Part shown: in pieces, positions 29,769-39,338 of the stretch
How positions within the stretch are numbered: position 1 is the stretch's first letter
Layout: the number at the start of each line of letters is the position of its first letter
IMG/VR virus record: IMGVR_UViG_3300007754_000002
Length of the DNA stretch: 64,000 nucleotides
Source: an uncultured virus (IMG/VR IMGVR_UViG_3300007754_000002)
Taxonomy: Duplodnaviria > Heunggongvirae > Uroviricota > Caudoviricetes
Direction: 5' to 3' (one strand)
The notes under the pieces: generated by a model
Database searches by the model: none
What the model was told of the DNA's origin: nothing
What the model saw: only the letters and a program-made list of their open reading frames with translations
Translations under genes and position numbers: made by a program

Positions 29769-30721
29769 GAATCCAGACGATGAGCCTTGTGGTCGGGACG
29801 AAGGCGTGCAACGCCTCCTGCCCTTTCTGCGTCAGTCGGATGACTGGTATGGGGATGCTCCCGGCTACCCCGGCGCTCGATGAGCGGGGGCTGCGGAAGG
29901 CGGTCCTCCTCGCCGTGCGGGGAGGAGTCACGACGGTCCTCTTCACCGGGAAGGGGGAGCCGACTCTCTACCCTCACATGATCACGGAATACATGCAGAA
30001 GGGGGATCTGGGGGACAACTTCCCCATCTTGGAGCTACAGACCAACGCTCTCGGGATCGGGCGTCTCGCTGAGCACCCGAACCTCTGGGATCGGGTGCGG
30101 GAAGGTCACCAGCCGAGAGAGGTGAGCCGAGCCGACCTGAAGTTGCTGACTCACCTGAGAAGATGGCACGACATGGGTCTGGATACCATCTGCGTCAGCA
30201 CCGTGGGCATCACGGCAAAGGACAACCGGAAGGTCTACCTCAACGACAGGGCGGAGTACCCGGATCTGTCTCGGACGATCGACTACATCCACAGCCTGAA
30301 CTTCCAGGTCCGCCTCTGCGTCATGATGCAGGCAGGCATGGTAGACACCCCGGAGAAGGTCTCCGAGGTGATCGAGTGGGCTCGGGAGCGGGGAATCGCC
30401 CAGGTGACCTTCCGGCCCATCCGTCGCCCTGAAGACACGGAGGACACCAAGGCTTCCAGCTACGTCATGGAGCGGGGGCTCACAGCACCCCAGGTGACCG
30501 GGATCAACCTCGCCGTCCAGGAGTCCGGGAAGCTCCTCCTCAAGCTGATGCACGGGGCTCAGGTGTTCGACGTCGGAGGGCAGAACGTCTGCCTGAGCGA
30601 CTGCCTGACCCACTCCCCAGACCCGAACCAGATGAGGCAGATCATCTTCTACCCGGACGGAAGGCTCGCCTACAACTGGACCGACAACGCCGCGACGATT
30701 TTTCAGGGGAAGAAGAGGTAA
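29765..30721 (+). CDS. Radical SAM enzyme
   Basis: CNASCPFC (CxxxCxxC), FTGKGEPTL, LQTNA. Confidence 0.9.
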   Translation: MRIQTMSLVVGTKACNASCPFCVSRMTGMGMLPATPALDERGLRKAVLLAVRGGVTTVLFTGKGEPTLYPHMITEYMQKGDLGDNFPILELQTNALGIGRLAEHPNLWDRVREGHQPREVSRADLKLLTHLRRWHDMGLDTICVSTVGITAKDNRKVYLNDRAEYPDLSRTIDYIHSLNFQVRLCVMMQAGMVDTPEKVSEVIEWARERGIAQVTFRPIRRPEDTEDTKASSYVMERGLTAPQVTGINLAVQESGKLLLKLMHGAQVFDVGGQNVCLSDCLTHSPDPNQMRQIIFYPDGRLAYNWTDNAATIFQGKKR

Positions 30722-30743
30722 CTTTTCTGGGGTGGCTCGTATA
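30717..30743 (+). promoter_or_regulatory. Representative copy of the phage promoter motif GGTAA(C/G)TTT-N11-TCGTATA
   Basis: GGTAACTTTTCTGGGGTGGCTCGTATA; about 20 copies in the window (see findings). Confidence 0.85.
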
Positions 30744-30767
30744 CCTCTACAGCAGGAGGAACCCAAC

Positions 30768-31259
30768 ATGTCGAAGCGAGCCGTCCTCTCCAACGTTCTC
30801 GGTGCCCTCAGCGACCTCACCTCTCTCGCGAACAGCTCCCGAGCCCTCCAGGGGCTCTCCGAGCAGCTCGCCTATGCGGGCGTCAACGTGAGCGTGGGCG
30901 AGCTGGGTGCCGCGCTGGAGCAGGTCTCCGTGAGCTGTCCCTCAACCTTCCAAAACCCGCCCCCCATCAGCCAGCACTACACTCCCTACGGGACCGAGTA
31001 CCGGATCCGCCAGCGGGACGCCCTGAAGCAGGCTCGGGCCTGCGTCGATGCGGTCTACGCCGAGACCGACCTGCTTCCGAGGAGCTACGATCCGAACCTC
31101 CTCGGTGGCGGTGTCATCGAGATGTACCGCCCCAACGCCTTCGCTCGCTGCCTGGGGCACCTGCGGGTGCGATGGGCGAAGGGCAACTACTCGGTACCCC
31201 GTCCCTCCACGATCCGGCGGTGGTGGTCCAAGGAGCAGAGGGCCGCTCAGGCGGCCTGA
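30768..31259 (+). CDS. Hypothetical protein
   Basis: Perfect promoter motif 30717-30743 and AGGAGG before ATG 30768. Confidence 0.7.
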   Translation: MSKRAVLSNVLGALSDLTSLANSSRALQGLSEQLAYAGVNVSVGELGAALEQVSVSCPSTFQNPPPISQHYTPYGTEYRIRQRDALKQARACVDAVYAETDLLPRSYDPNLLGGGVIEMYRPNAFARCLGHLRVRWAKGNYSVPRPSTIRRWWSKEQRAAQAA

Positions 31260-31263
31260 CCCG

Positions 31264-32115
31264 CTACCACCAGCGAACCCAACCCCGCTGCTTTGCCTTG
31301 CTGCGGGTGAGGGTCCCCACCTTGTTCGCGATGTTGCCCTCGATCGTCGTGATGGTTCCGTCGCCGTTATCGCAGAGAACCATCCCTACATGGCTGGCCT
31401 GCGTGCTGGCCTGAGCATCGGTGCTGGAGTGAGTTGACGGGACCGTGAACAGGGCTCCAGGGGGCCAGTCGCCTTCCATCCCGGCGGGGGTCCATCGCTG
31501 GTTGTTCTTCGCCCACTCCTCGATCTGGGAGACGCCACCCATGTAGGCCCCACCCCCGGACCCTTCGTTGAAGAACGGGTGCCCTTCCCAGGATCCCCAG
31601 GTCGGGTTCTTGGTCAACCCGTAAGCGAAGGCGATCCAAGAAGAGCAGGACATGGCACACCACGCCAGCCCGGTCGTGGTTGGGATCTTCCAGTAGTCGT
31701 TGTACGTGGCGACGAGGTCATCAATGACTGGCCCACGATTGGAGCCATCGGGTTCCTCCCGAGCCCCATAGTACCTGAGAGCCGCCTCAAGGGCCTTTCG
31801 CTGGAGGTCCGAGGTGGAGGTCGGGATCAAGGCCCGGAGTCCCTCTCGCTCCTTCTGAAGAGCGTCCTCGGGGGTTACTGAGACCTCCCCGGACTCCAAA
31901 GCGAAGAGAGCCTTCCAGGTGTTCGGACCCACCCATCCATCCACGTCCAAACCTGCGGAGCCTTGAAACTGCTCTACCGCCCGATCAGTGCTCGCCCCGA
32001 AGTCCCCGTCCACCTTCCCATGATAGAAGCCGTGGTTCTTCAGGATGGTTTGACAGCGAAGAACCGCGTCCTCATCGTTGGCACCACCGTGCCAGAGCAT
32101 CGGCATTTCGCTCAT
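31264..32115 (-). CDS. Endolysin-like protein: peptidoglycan-binding domain plus CHAP amidase
   Basis: VDGDFGASTDRAVEQFQ...GLDVDGWVGPNTW (PG_binding_1); AWCAMS, HVGMV, TIEGN (CHAP Cys/His/Glu). Confidence 0.9.
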   Translation of the reverse strand: MSEMPMLWHGGANDEDAVLRCQTILKNHGFYHGKVDGDFGASTDRAVEQFQGSAGLDVDGWVGPNTWKALFALESGEVSVTPEDALQKEREGLRALIPTSTSDLQRKALEAALRYYGAREEPDGSNRGPVIDDLVATYNDYWKIPTTTGLAWCAMSCSSWIAFAYGLTKNPTWGSWEGHPFFNEGSGGGAYMGGVSQIEEWAKNNQRWTPAGMEGDWPPGALFTVPSTHSSTDAQASTQASHVGMVLCDNGDGTITTIEGNIANKVGTLTRSKAKQRGWVRWW

Positions 32116-32175
32116 CAGGGACTCCTTTTCGCGACTTTACCAGCAAACTGCGGGCAGAGACTCGTATAAGGACTC

Positions 32176-32922
32176 ATGCCTCTGGTCATCAATATCCAGC
32201 TCGATGGTCATTGCCCCCGATGCGGGGCTGCAATGCAGATCCGCAAGAACCGGGCGGAGGACGAGTTTTTCCTAGGTTGCTCCAACTACTTCGACACCGG
32301 GTGCCGATTCACCCACTCCCTCCCAAGTGGAGACGACGTTGAGGTGCGGACGACTATCCGGAAGCCCCAGCCCGGTAGGGAAGCGGCCCCTCGCGGCGAG
32401 GATACCGCTCGCTCTCAGGAGAGAGCCCCTGCGACGACAAAGACGCCGACTCGATACCGGCGGTGGTACCAGTGCAAGCCGGAGTTGAGGGAGGGGATCC
32501 TCAGGATCCTGGCGGGGCTGGACGAGCCCATCACCGTCAAAAACCTCTACCACCCTGTCACGTCCGCCGTCCCTTGTGGCGGGTTGTGGGGGAAGCTGCT
32601 CGGTCTCCTCAAGGAGCTGGAGGCGGAGGGGCTCGCCAAACGAGACAGGCCCCGAGGGCGGTCCTGGTCCATCACGGAGATGGGGAGGAGGATCCTGGTC
32701 CCTCGACAGAAGTACGGGTCTCTGGACCCGGACATTGTCCGAGGAGCCATTCTCGGTACCATGACGGAATCCCCTGACTCGTGGCTTGGGGAGTCTCTCC
32801 GCGAGGCTGTCTCTATTCGGCTCCACATGGAGTTCCCCGAGGCTGAGTTTCAGCGTCAGATGGGGGTCCTCTCTCAAGAGAGCAGTGTCGCTCTTCAGCT
32901 TGACGGCACTTGGACAGTTTGA
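32176..32922 (+). CDS. Topoisomerase-type C4 zinc ribbon fused to winged-helix-like domains
   Basis: CPRCGAAM...FFLGCSNYFDTGCRFT; LKELEAEGLAKR...WSITEMGR. Confidence 0.7.
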   Translation: MPLVINIQLDGHCPRCGAAMQIRKNRAEDEFFLGCSNYFDTGCRFTHSLPSGDDVEVRTTIRKPQPGREAAPRGEDTARSQERAPATTKTPTRYRRWYQCKPELREGILRILAGLDEPITVKNLYHPVTSAVPCGGLWGKLLGLLKELEAEGLAKRDRPRGRSWSITEMGRRILVPRQKYGSLDPDIVRGAILGTMTESPDSWLGESLREAVSIRLHMEFPEAEFQRQMGVLSQESSVALQLDGTWTV

Positions 32923-32958
32923 CCCCAAGCCCCTCTCCACGTAGGAAGCCCTGACGGG

Positions 32959-33000
32959 TAGAATGTCGCGTTTGACAGCCAAAACGCGACATTCTAAGAT
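32959..33000 (+). promoter_or_regulatory. Sigma70-type promoter TTGACA-N17-TAAGAT embedded in a 15-bp perfect inverted repeat (operator)
   Basis: TTGACA 32972-32977, TAAGAT 32995-33000; TAGAATGTCGCGTTT 32959-32973 / AAACGCGACATTCTA 32982-32996. Confidence 0.8.
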
Positions 33001-33007
33001 TACCGAC

Positions 33008-33235
33008 ATGGTCAAGCTTTCCACATACGCGAAACGCCGAGGGGTCTCCCTCCGCAAGGCTCAGCGTCTTGCCTTAGCGGGCAAGATCCCCGGGTCATTC
33101 AAGGGTGACAACGGACGCTGGTACGTGGAAGGGGAATCCGAGGATGAAATCCGAGAACTACGGACCCGACTCGCTCGTCTTGAAGCCCTCATTCTGGGAG
33201 ATGAACATGGACAGGCGGCAGCTCAACAAGGCTGA
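33008..33235 (+). CDS. Excisionase/MerR-like HTH DNA-binding protein
   Basis: STYAKRRGVSLRKAQRLALAGKIPG...GRWYV plus C-terminal coiled coil; ATG 7 nt after the -10 box. Confidence 0.75.
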   Translation: MVKLSTYAKRRGVSLRKAQRLALAGKIPGSFKGDNGRWYVEGESEDEIRELRTRLARLEALILGDEHGQAAAQQG

Positions 33236-33448
33236 GGATGCGGAGCTGGCAGCGGCTTGCTCTGTGCAGTTCTGGGTCAAGGTGGCCTCAGGCTACAGCC
33301 ACGAACGGCGTGGGGAGAGGGGAGCCGCGTCTCGGAAGTGTCCGAGGAAGGCAAAGCGAGGGCTCAGCAAAGCCCGGAGACGGGTTGATCGCCTGACCAT
33401 CCAAGCCGAGTTGGACGGTGCCTGATCTCAAGGCTTTCATACGACAGT

Positions 33449-34171
33449 ATGTTCAGGACAGCTTGCCGGACTATGAAGGGGGGGTTCTTCAGCATCAAGA
33501 ATCTGCGAGCCGCGTCGAGAGAGGAGGTGAGGGCTGAGGTAGAACGGGGACGCCAGATCCAGAAGAAGCGGGAAGCCAAGGGACTCACAACCGCACCCAA
33601 GCCAAGCCCCTGGATCTCGGAGAAATGGAATAGCAGCCCGTCAGAACAAGCTGGCTTGCTGGGTTGGGAGGAGACTCTCAACACGGCGACCGCTACGACA
33701 GCGATGAACCCGCAGCTTTTTAACGGCGATGATATCTCGCTGGACAAAATTAAGAAGACCCTGGAGGACTATGGCGACGGGGGCGGGATCAAGTTCCGGA
33801 GTAAAATCGCCATCAGCCGGGAAGAATACGAAGCTCTTCAGAGGATGACCTTAAGGTCGGAGTTCCCTACTCCACCCCACTCCTTTCTGGAGCCCGGAGT
33901 GGGCCTTGTCATCACAGAAAACAAGCGGCGTCGAAGGGGGGATGCTCCCTTAGTCCACCCCAAGAAAGAGCTACAGGAGACCTGGGGACGTCAGAGCTTG
34001 CCAGAACCGTCTCCGATCCCCGACCCGTTGGCAGACGGGGTCTCAATCACCCGGACGGGTGGGGATTTTCTGGTCCAGGGAGAGGACGGGAGGACCATCG
34101 CCTCACTGACTTTAGAGGGGGCTTTAGCTCTTGCTAAAGAGCGGGGTTGGCCTCAAGATTTTGATCTCTGA
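33449..34171 (+). CDS. Hypothetical protein
   Basis: 240-aa ORF; start uncertain. Confidence 0.5.
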   Translation: MFRTACRTMKGGFFSIKNLRAASREEVRAEVERGRQIQKKREAKGLTTAPKPSPWISEKWNSSPSEQAGLLGWEETLNTATATTAMNPQLFNGDDISLDKIKKTLEDYGDGGGIKFRSKIAISREEYEALQRMTLRSEFPTPPHSFLEPGVGLVITENKRRRRGDAPLVHPKKELQETWGRQSLPEPSPIPDPLADGVSITRTGGDFLVQGEDGRTIASLTLEGALALAKERGWPQDFDL

Positions 34172-34185
34172 CCCGTAGAGAGGGT

Positions 34186-34539
34186 ATGAAACCAACTCTA
34201 CTGATCATCGACGATGAGCCACGGCTGCGTCGTGCTCTGAGCCGTGGCTTGCGGCGACACTTCATTGTCGTGGAAGCGGAGGGAGTCCAGTCTGGACTTC
34301 AAGCGGTCAGGGACCACAAGCCCTCAGTCATCCTCTGCGACATGCTGATGCCCGACGGGTCCGGAGTGGACTTCCACCGGGGTGTGGGTGCGAGCTACAA
34401 GCGACGGGTCTTATTCCAGTCAGGAGGGGCTCCTGACTGGATGCGAGAGTACCTGAACCGAGAGGGCTCTCTACTGCTGGACAAGCCCGCGTTCCTTCAG
34501 GACATTCTCTCCGCGTGTCAAGCCTTGCAGGCGTTGTAG
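34186..34539 (+). CDS. Stand-alone response-regulator receiver (CheY-like)
   Basis: LIIDDE, ILCDMLMPDGSG (phospho-Asp), QSG, LDKP. Confidence 0.9.
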   Translation: MKPTLLIIDDEPRLRRALSRGLRRHFIVVEAEGVQSGLQAVRDHKPSVILCDMLMPDGSGVDFHRGVGASYKRRVLFQSGGAPDWMREYLNREGSLLLDKPAFLQDILSACQALQAL

Positions 34540-35056
34540 CACTCGGTGGCGCCGGGGATCTTGGCGGAGTAGCGGCTGGCCTCGTACCAGCGGATGAACT
34601 CAGCCTTGTCCTCAACCGACCAGGAGGCGACAGCGGCGGGGTCACAGACCAGCGTAGACATGGGATCTCCTTACAGGAAGTAGGGTCTCAACAATAGGAA
34701 GGTAGCTATAGTCGCCTTATTGGCTGGACTGACCCAATAGTTCCTCGTTGCTCGTACCTGTAGGGGTAACAAGGAGATGTTGTCATGGTCGGCCCCCTGG
34801 ACAGGGCACTGTTGGTGGCTGGACTCCAGCCCAGGAGCCTCCCGGAGGCTTGCTACCTCGCTGAGCTGATTCGGAAGACTCGGGTTCTGGAGGGAGACAA
34901 GGAAGGGGCTCGGTTCTTCCTGTCCGGAACCAAGAAGGAAATCACGGCTCAAGAAGCCCTCCGGCTTCCTGCTGAGCGGGTTTTCATTCAAGAGGCTCCG
35001 AACTAGGCTACTTCCGGACGGTAGTTCGTATTCATAGAACAACACGGAGTTGTTCT

Positions 35057-35731
35057 ATGAATACCGCAATCGCGGAGCGGGCTGTCGCTCTCCAAAGCAG
35101 CGACAAGATGAGCCCAGACCTCCACAGGATCTCCCCAACGCTGAAGTCGGTCATCACCCTGGACGGCGGACTCCGTCTCAGAGCGATCCTCTTCGACCAT
35201 CGGATTCTGGTCCAGTCTCTCGATGAGCCGAATCCGTTTCGGATTCGGAACGACGTGCCGGAGGCAGACGAGCCCCTGATTCAGGTGGAGGTTCTGAAGG
35301 CCGAGCACAGACAGAGGGGGGAGGACCGGAAGATCCCTGTATCCGAAGCAGAGGCGACCCACCCCGGGTCGGATCATTGGAGGCGGGGTCCTCTCCGCTC
35401 CGGATACGTCAAAGGCTCCTACCGGGGCAGGTTCGTCGGGACTCGCTACTTCAGGGTCATCAAGGGCTCTTCCTATGACACCTACCCCCTCGCCCTGGAG
35501 TGGGGTGTCCGTCAGATCATGGGGCTCGGGAACTACGGGGGGGAATCTCAACCCAATTACCCCCGGGCGAGGTGGATCTTCATCACCGCGTTGGTCACCG
35601 CGGGTTCCACTCGGAAGACGATGACCTTCCGGTTCAAGTCACCCCCTCAGGGCAGGGTCATCGGTCTCTCCGAGACCTCCTGGGATTGGTCAGCTACCCC
35701 GGTAGCTGTCTGGACGCTGACGATCGACTAA
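35057..35731 (+). CDS. Hypothetical protein
   Basis: Variant promoter GGCTACTTC-N11-TCGTATT (35006-35032) and GGAG RBS. Confidence 0.65.
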   Translation: MNTAIAERAVALQSSDKMSPDLHRISPTLKSVITLDGGLRLRAILFDHRILVQSLDEPNPFRIRNDVPEADEPLIQVEVLKAEHRQRGEDRKIPVSEAEATHPGSDHWRRGPLRSGYVKGSYRGRFVGTRYFRVIKGSSYDTYPLALEWGVRQIMGLGNYGGESQPNYPRARWIFITALVTAGSTRKTMTFRFKSPPQGRVIGLSETSWDWSATPVAVWTLTID

Positions 35732-35742
35732 GGAAGCTGAAA

Positions 35743-36063
35743 ATGAAAGTACGCGACCTGATCACCATCCTCCAGAAGGAGGATCCCGACCTCGACGTTT
35801 GCCTTCATGTCGAGGTCCACGGAGAGGGCATTCCGGATCCCGTAGGATCACTGGATGTGGGGGAAGCCCGGCGGTGGATCACCGAAGGGATCACCCATTA
35901 CGACTACACGGGCGGCGGGGACCAACAGCTCGTCCTAGTCTTGCAGGGAGAAAACGCCTGGGCCAGGGCTCAGGCTGCCCAGCGACTCGCCACCCAGAAG
36001 CAGCGGTCGGCGGCAGCAAGGGCAGCCACCACTCAGCTCAGCAACAGTCTGATTTTCGACTGA
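35743..36063 (+). CDS. Small phage hypothetical protein
   Basis: MKVRDLITILQKEDPDLDV-type N-terminus, common in phage ORFans; AGGA RBS. Confidence 0.6.
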   Translation: MKVRDLITILQKEDPDLDVCLHVEVHGEGIPDPVGSLDVGEARRWITEGITHYDYTGGGDQQLVLVLQGENAWARAQAAQRLATQKQRSAAARAATTQLSNSLIFD

Positions 36064-36127
36064 GAAGGAGAGCAAAAACGAGTCTGAGACTCGTATGTCT
36101 CCCAGACAACCCATAATTTGAGCACGT

Positions 36128-36406
36128 ATGATCCCCTTCACCGAAATGATCTCCCTGTTCTCCGGTCTCTGCCTGAGTGGCTTCATTGCCCTCGTCTTCG
36201 TCCGGACGATGGTAAAGGCGAAGGACTGGACCGACCCCGGGTTGACTTTCCTCTGCGGTTTCTTCATCCTCGCAGTTTCAGTCGGGGTGGGGCTTCTGGG
36301 CGGGGAAGTCGGGCCGGATCCCTTCGCCGCGGTGCTCTGCGGTATCGGATTGTGGTGGCAGGTATCCTCAACCCGCCGCGAGTTCAGCAACCGCCTCTAC
36401 TACTAG
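36128..36406 (+). CDS. Small three-TM membrane protein
   Basis: Three hydrophobic segments. Confidence 0.55.
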   Translation: MIPFTEMISLFSGLCLSGFIALVFVRTMVKAKDWTDPGLTFLCGFFILAVSVGVGLLGGEVGPDPFAAVLCGIGLWWQVSSTRREFSNRLYY

Positions 36407-37308
36407 AGTCTGATGGACGCCTTCCAACCTATCCAGGGACACACCCACAGGGTGACCTTCCTGAACTGCGGTCAGGGGGGCCTCCCCCGTCGGCTGCGAG
36501 CCCCCGGAGTAGAAATGGCATCTTCCAACGAAAAGCCGCCCCCGGGGCTCTTCGCGAATCGCCGGTCTCGGTGTGCTCGGGAGGAGAGGTTCTCCCGGGC
36601 CTGGGAGGAAGAGAATGTGCGGTATGGTACGCTCGCAGGCCTTCTGGGGCGTCCTCCAACCGACGAAGAAGCCGTCTTGGCTTCCACACTGATTCAGTGG
36701 CTCGGGACGGAATGTGGGCAATTCTTCCTGGGAACCCTCAAGGAGGATCCATGACCCGGGAGACATGATCGCGGAAACGGACAGACTCTACCGGGAGACC
36801 TCCAAAGTCCTCGACATACAGCCTTATTTCGACGAGGTTCCCGGTGAGGAGATTGCTATCCAAGCAACCTACGACCCGACAAACGGAGTCGCGGTCATTG
36901 GGTTCTTCGGTCTCACAGATGACGTTCTCAATCCGTTTAAGGATTTCAAGGAATAGTGCTGACAGCAATCCGCGATTTGAATCAGTGGTATGACAATCTC
37001 AGGGAGCCCTGGCGTCTCCTCATCTGTCTGGGGTTGGTAGGCGTTGCCTTGTTGTCGCGGATATGGTCGATCTATCCTTTCATGGCTTTCGCGATCGTCA
37101 CCTGCGCCGTTAGGATGCCATCGATCTGTCGCCACCAGGACCGATCCTAAGCCCGCAACTTAGAAGTTTATCCCCGCCCCTACAGGATCCGCAATGATCC
37201 TGTGGATAACTTGATGATCCCGCAATTGTGGGTACGAAACCCCCGAGGAGGGTAGCGGATCTGTCTATACGCCCTCCTAAAGGATGAACCTCATCCGGGG
37301 CAAGTTCT

Positions 37309-38772
37309 ATGTGGTTGGATCGCTACGCTAAAGAGTACGGAGAGAAGATTCGTACCGGTCGGCGGAGTACAGAACGCATCGCGAAGATGACAGGTCTGTC
37401 GATGGAGCACGCCAGGGCACTCGCGAGCTATGTCAGGCGGGGAGAAGTCCCGAAGACTCCTCTCTCCGATCCTGATGAGAAGGTATCGCAGGCCCCGAAT
37501 CAGGGGCCTGAACAGTTCTTGCTCAACAAGGCGTATATCTACAACGACCAGGATGACACCTACATCACGTTCCTCCCTGGCGTACCGAAGCCTCTGGTCT
37601 TGCCTGGGGCGGTCCACAGGGAGATCGTCCGGGCGTATTCCAACTACGACGGAAACCCGGCGACGGTGAATGAGATCGCCCGGTCTGTGAAGCTCCCCCG
37701 CCCCTGGGTGGTGAAATATCTCCGGGTTCACGAGATTACCCACGACCGGGAGCCTTTCACTCCCGAGGAGATCGCGACCCGGTCGGATGACGACCTGATT
37801 CAAGACGCCCTCCAGCTCCGGAGGGCATCCGTCTATAAGAAGCTGGAGCAGGCGAAGTGGAAGGAAATCCGCGATGACGCTATGCGGTGGCGGTCTTTTG
37901 AGGACCACGTTCTCCGGGCGATCACCGCAGCGATTCAGTCCCCCCGGCCTTCCCCCGAGCCCATCAAGATGGAAGCCGCTAAGCGACCCTACGCCGCGGT
38001 GATGGGTCTCACGGACTTCCATTGGGGGAAGTACAGCGACCCGGCGGAGAACTTTGAGCCCTACAGCCGTCACATCGCCCGAGGTCGGCTGATGGCGGCG
38101 ACTCGGGACGTGCTGGGTCACCTTCACTACTTCGGTCGCCCTGAAAAGATCATCGTCCCTGTCGGCTCGGACTTCCTGCATATTGACAACGACCAGGGTG
38201 GAACCTCCAAGGGAACCTCTCAGGACATGGACGGGACCCCCGCCGAGATTCTGGTGACAGGCTGCCTCCTGATGGAGGAGTGGATTCTCTCGCTGGCCTC
38301 CATCGCTCCGGTGGAGCTGGTCCTCATGTCCGGCAACCACGATCGCATGTCGGGGCTGGCGATCCTCCTCTACCTGGAGGCACTCTTCCGGTCTGATCCT
38401 CGGGTCACAGCGGCTCTCGATCGGACTCCCCGGACCTACCGGGTCTATGGGAAGAACCTCATCGGGTTCGTCCACGGAGATGGCGTCAGCCGCACCACGG
38501 AGATGGCTGGGCACATGGCTCGCGAGAAGGCCGGGGCCTGGGCCTGCTGTCCTCACCGAACCATCTACACGGGTCACCTGCACCACGAGAAGACGGAGAC
38601 GGACACCTCTTTCTCGGTCACCCGCCGGCAGATCCCGTCTCTCGCCGGCCCCGACCGCTGGCACACCCGTCACGGCTTCGACGGGAGCCCGAAGAGCCTC
38701 CCGGTCTATCTCCATGACAAGGAGAGCGGGGTGAAAGCGGTCCTCTACGGGCGAGTCAAGAAGACCCTGTGA
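37309..38772 (+). CDS. Calcineurin-like metallophosphoesterase with N-terminal HTH-like region
   Basis: TDFHWG, GSDFLH, SGNHD, VHGD, TGHLHH; VNEIARSVKLPRPWV. Confidence 0.88.
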   Translation: MWLDRYAKEYGEKIRTGRRSTERIAKMTGLSMEHARALASYVRRGEVPKTPLSDPDEKVSQAPNQGPEQFLLNKAYIYNDQDDTYITFLPGVPKPLVLPGAVHREIVRAYSNYDGNPATVNEIARSVKLPRPWVVKYLRVHEITHDREPFTPEEIATRSDDDLIQDALQLRRASVYKKLEQAKWKEIRDDAMRWRSFEDHVLRAITAAIQSPRPSPEPIKMEAAKRPYAAVMGLTDFHWGKYSDPAENFEPYSRHIARGRLMAATRDVLGHLHYFGRPEKIIVPVGSDFLHIDNDQGGTSKGTSQDMDGTPAEILVTGCLLMEEWILSLASIAPVELVLMSGNHDRMSGLAILLYLEALFRSDPRVTAALDRTPRTYRVYGKNLIGFVHGDGVSRTTEMAGHMAREKAGAWACCPHRTIYTGHLHHEKTETDTSFSVTRRQIPSLAGPDRWHTRHGFDGSPKSLPVYLHDKESGVKAVLYGRVKKTL

Positions 38773-38801
38773 AAGCCGGCGGGATGTTCGTATAGGAGGT
38801 C

Positions 38802-39338
38802 ATGAACGACCTCATCCACCCAGCTTCCATCCGAGCCCTCGCCCGGCTCGGGTGGGAGATCGAGTACGCCGACCTGGACCAGATTTCCCCCAGGGCAACC
38901 ATCCGGCTCCGCCGATCAGATCGACGCTGGTTGTTCTTCACGGTCGATCACCTGGGTCGGTGCTCCCTGGAGAGATGGCAGCGAGAAATATCGCTGGGGA
39001 AGCGGCGCCGGAGCCACCCGCAGTCCCCTCAAGTCAAGGATGAATTCCTTGGGAGGTTCTCCTACCCTTCATGGGGGGCCGGGCTGGAGTCGCTCTCGGA
39101 CTACCTCAAAAACAACCCAGCCCCCGGGCGAGAGGTCCAAATCGAAGGATCTCTCTTCCAGATCCCCCAAACCCTTGAAGGGGGTCGTATGAGTCTTTCA
39201 GGAGGCTCAGATGGACCCACTCTTCCAGAAGGCGATTCAACGAGGGCAGAACGAGGCAAAGAAGAAGGGCGAGGAGCGGGCGGGCAGGCAGAAGAACCCG
39301 TTGAACGACCTGTAACTCCGAGAGGTTCGCTCGTATAA
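38802..39338 (+). CDS. Hypothetical protein
   Basis: ATG 7 nt after TCGTATA (38788-38794). Confidence 0.65.
   Translation: MNDLIHPASIRALARLGWEIEYADLDQISPRATIRLRRSDRRWLFFTVDHLGRCSLERWQREISLGKRRRSHPQSPQVKDEFLGRFSYPSWGAGLESLSDYLKNNPAPGREVQIEGSLFQIPQTLEGGRMSLSGGSDGPTLPEGDSTRAERGKEEGRGAGGQAEEPVERPVTPRGSLV

Noticed and set aside
32176..32400. DNA topoisomerase I
   Set aside because: Only a single C4 zinc ribbon is present; no TOPRIM or catalytic core
37291..38715. Long antisense ORFs (also 23089..24552, 8620..9522, 21095..22123, 49646..50554, 57042..57929, 60527..61666)
   Set aside because: Shadow frames opposite well-supported genes, expected in GC-rich DNA with strong codon bias
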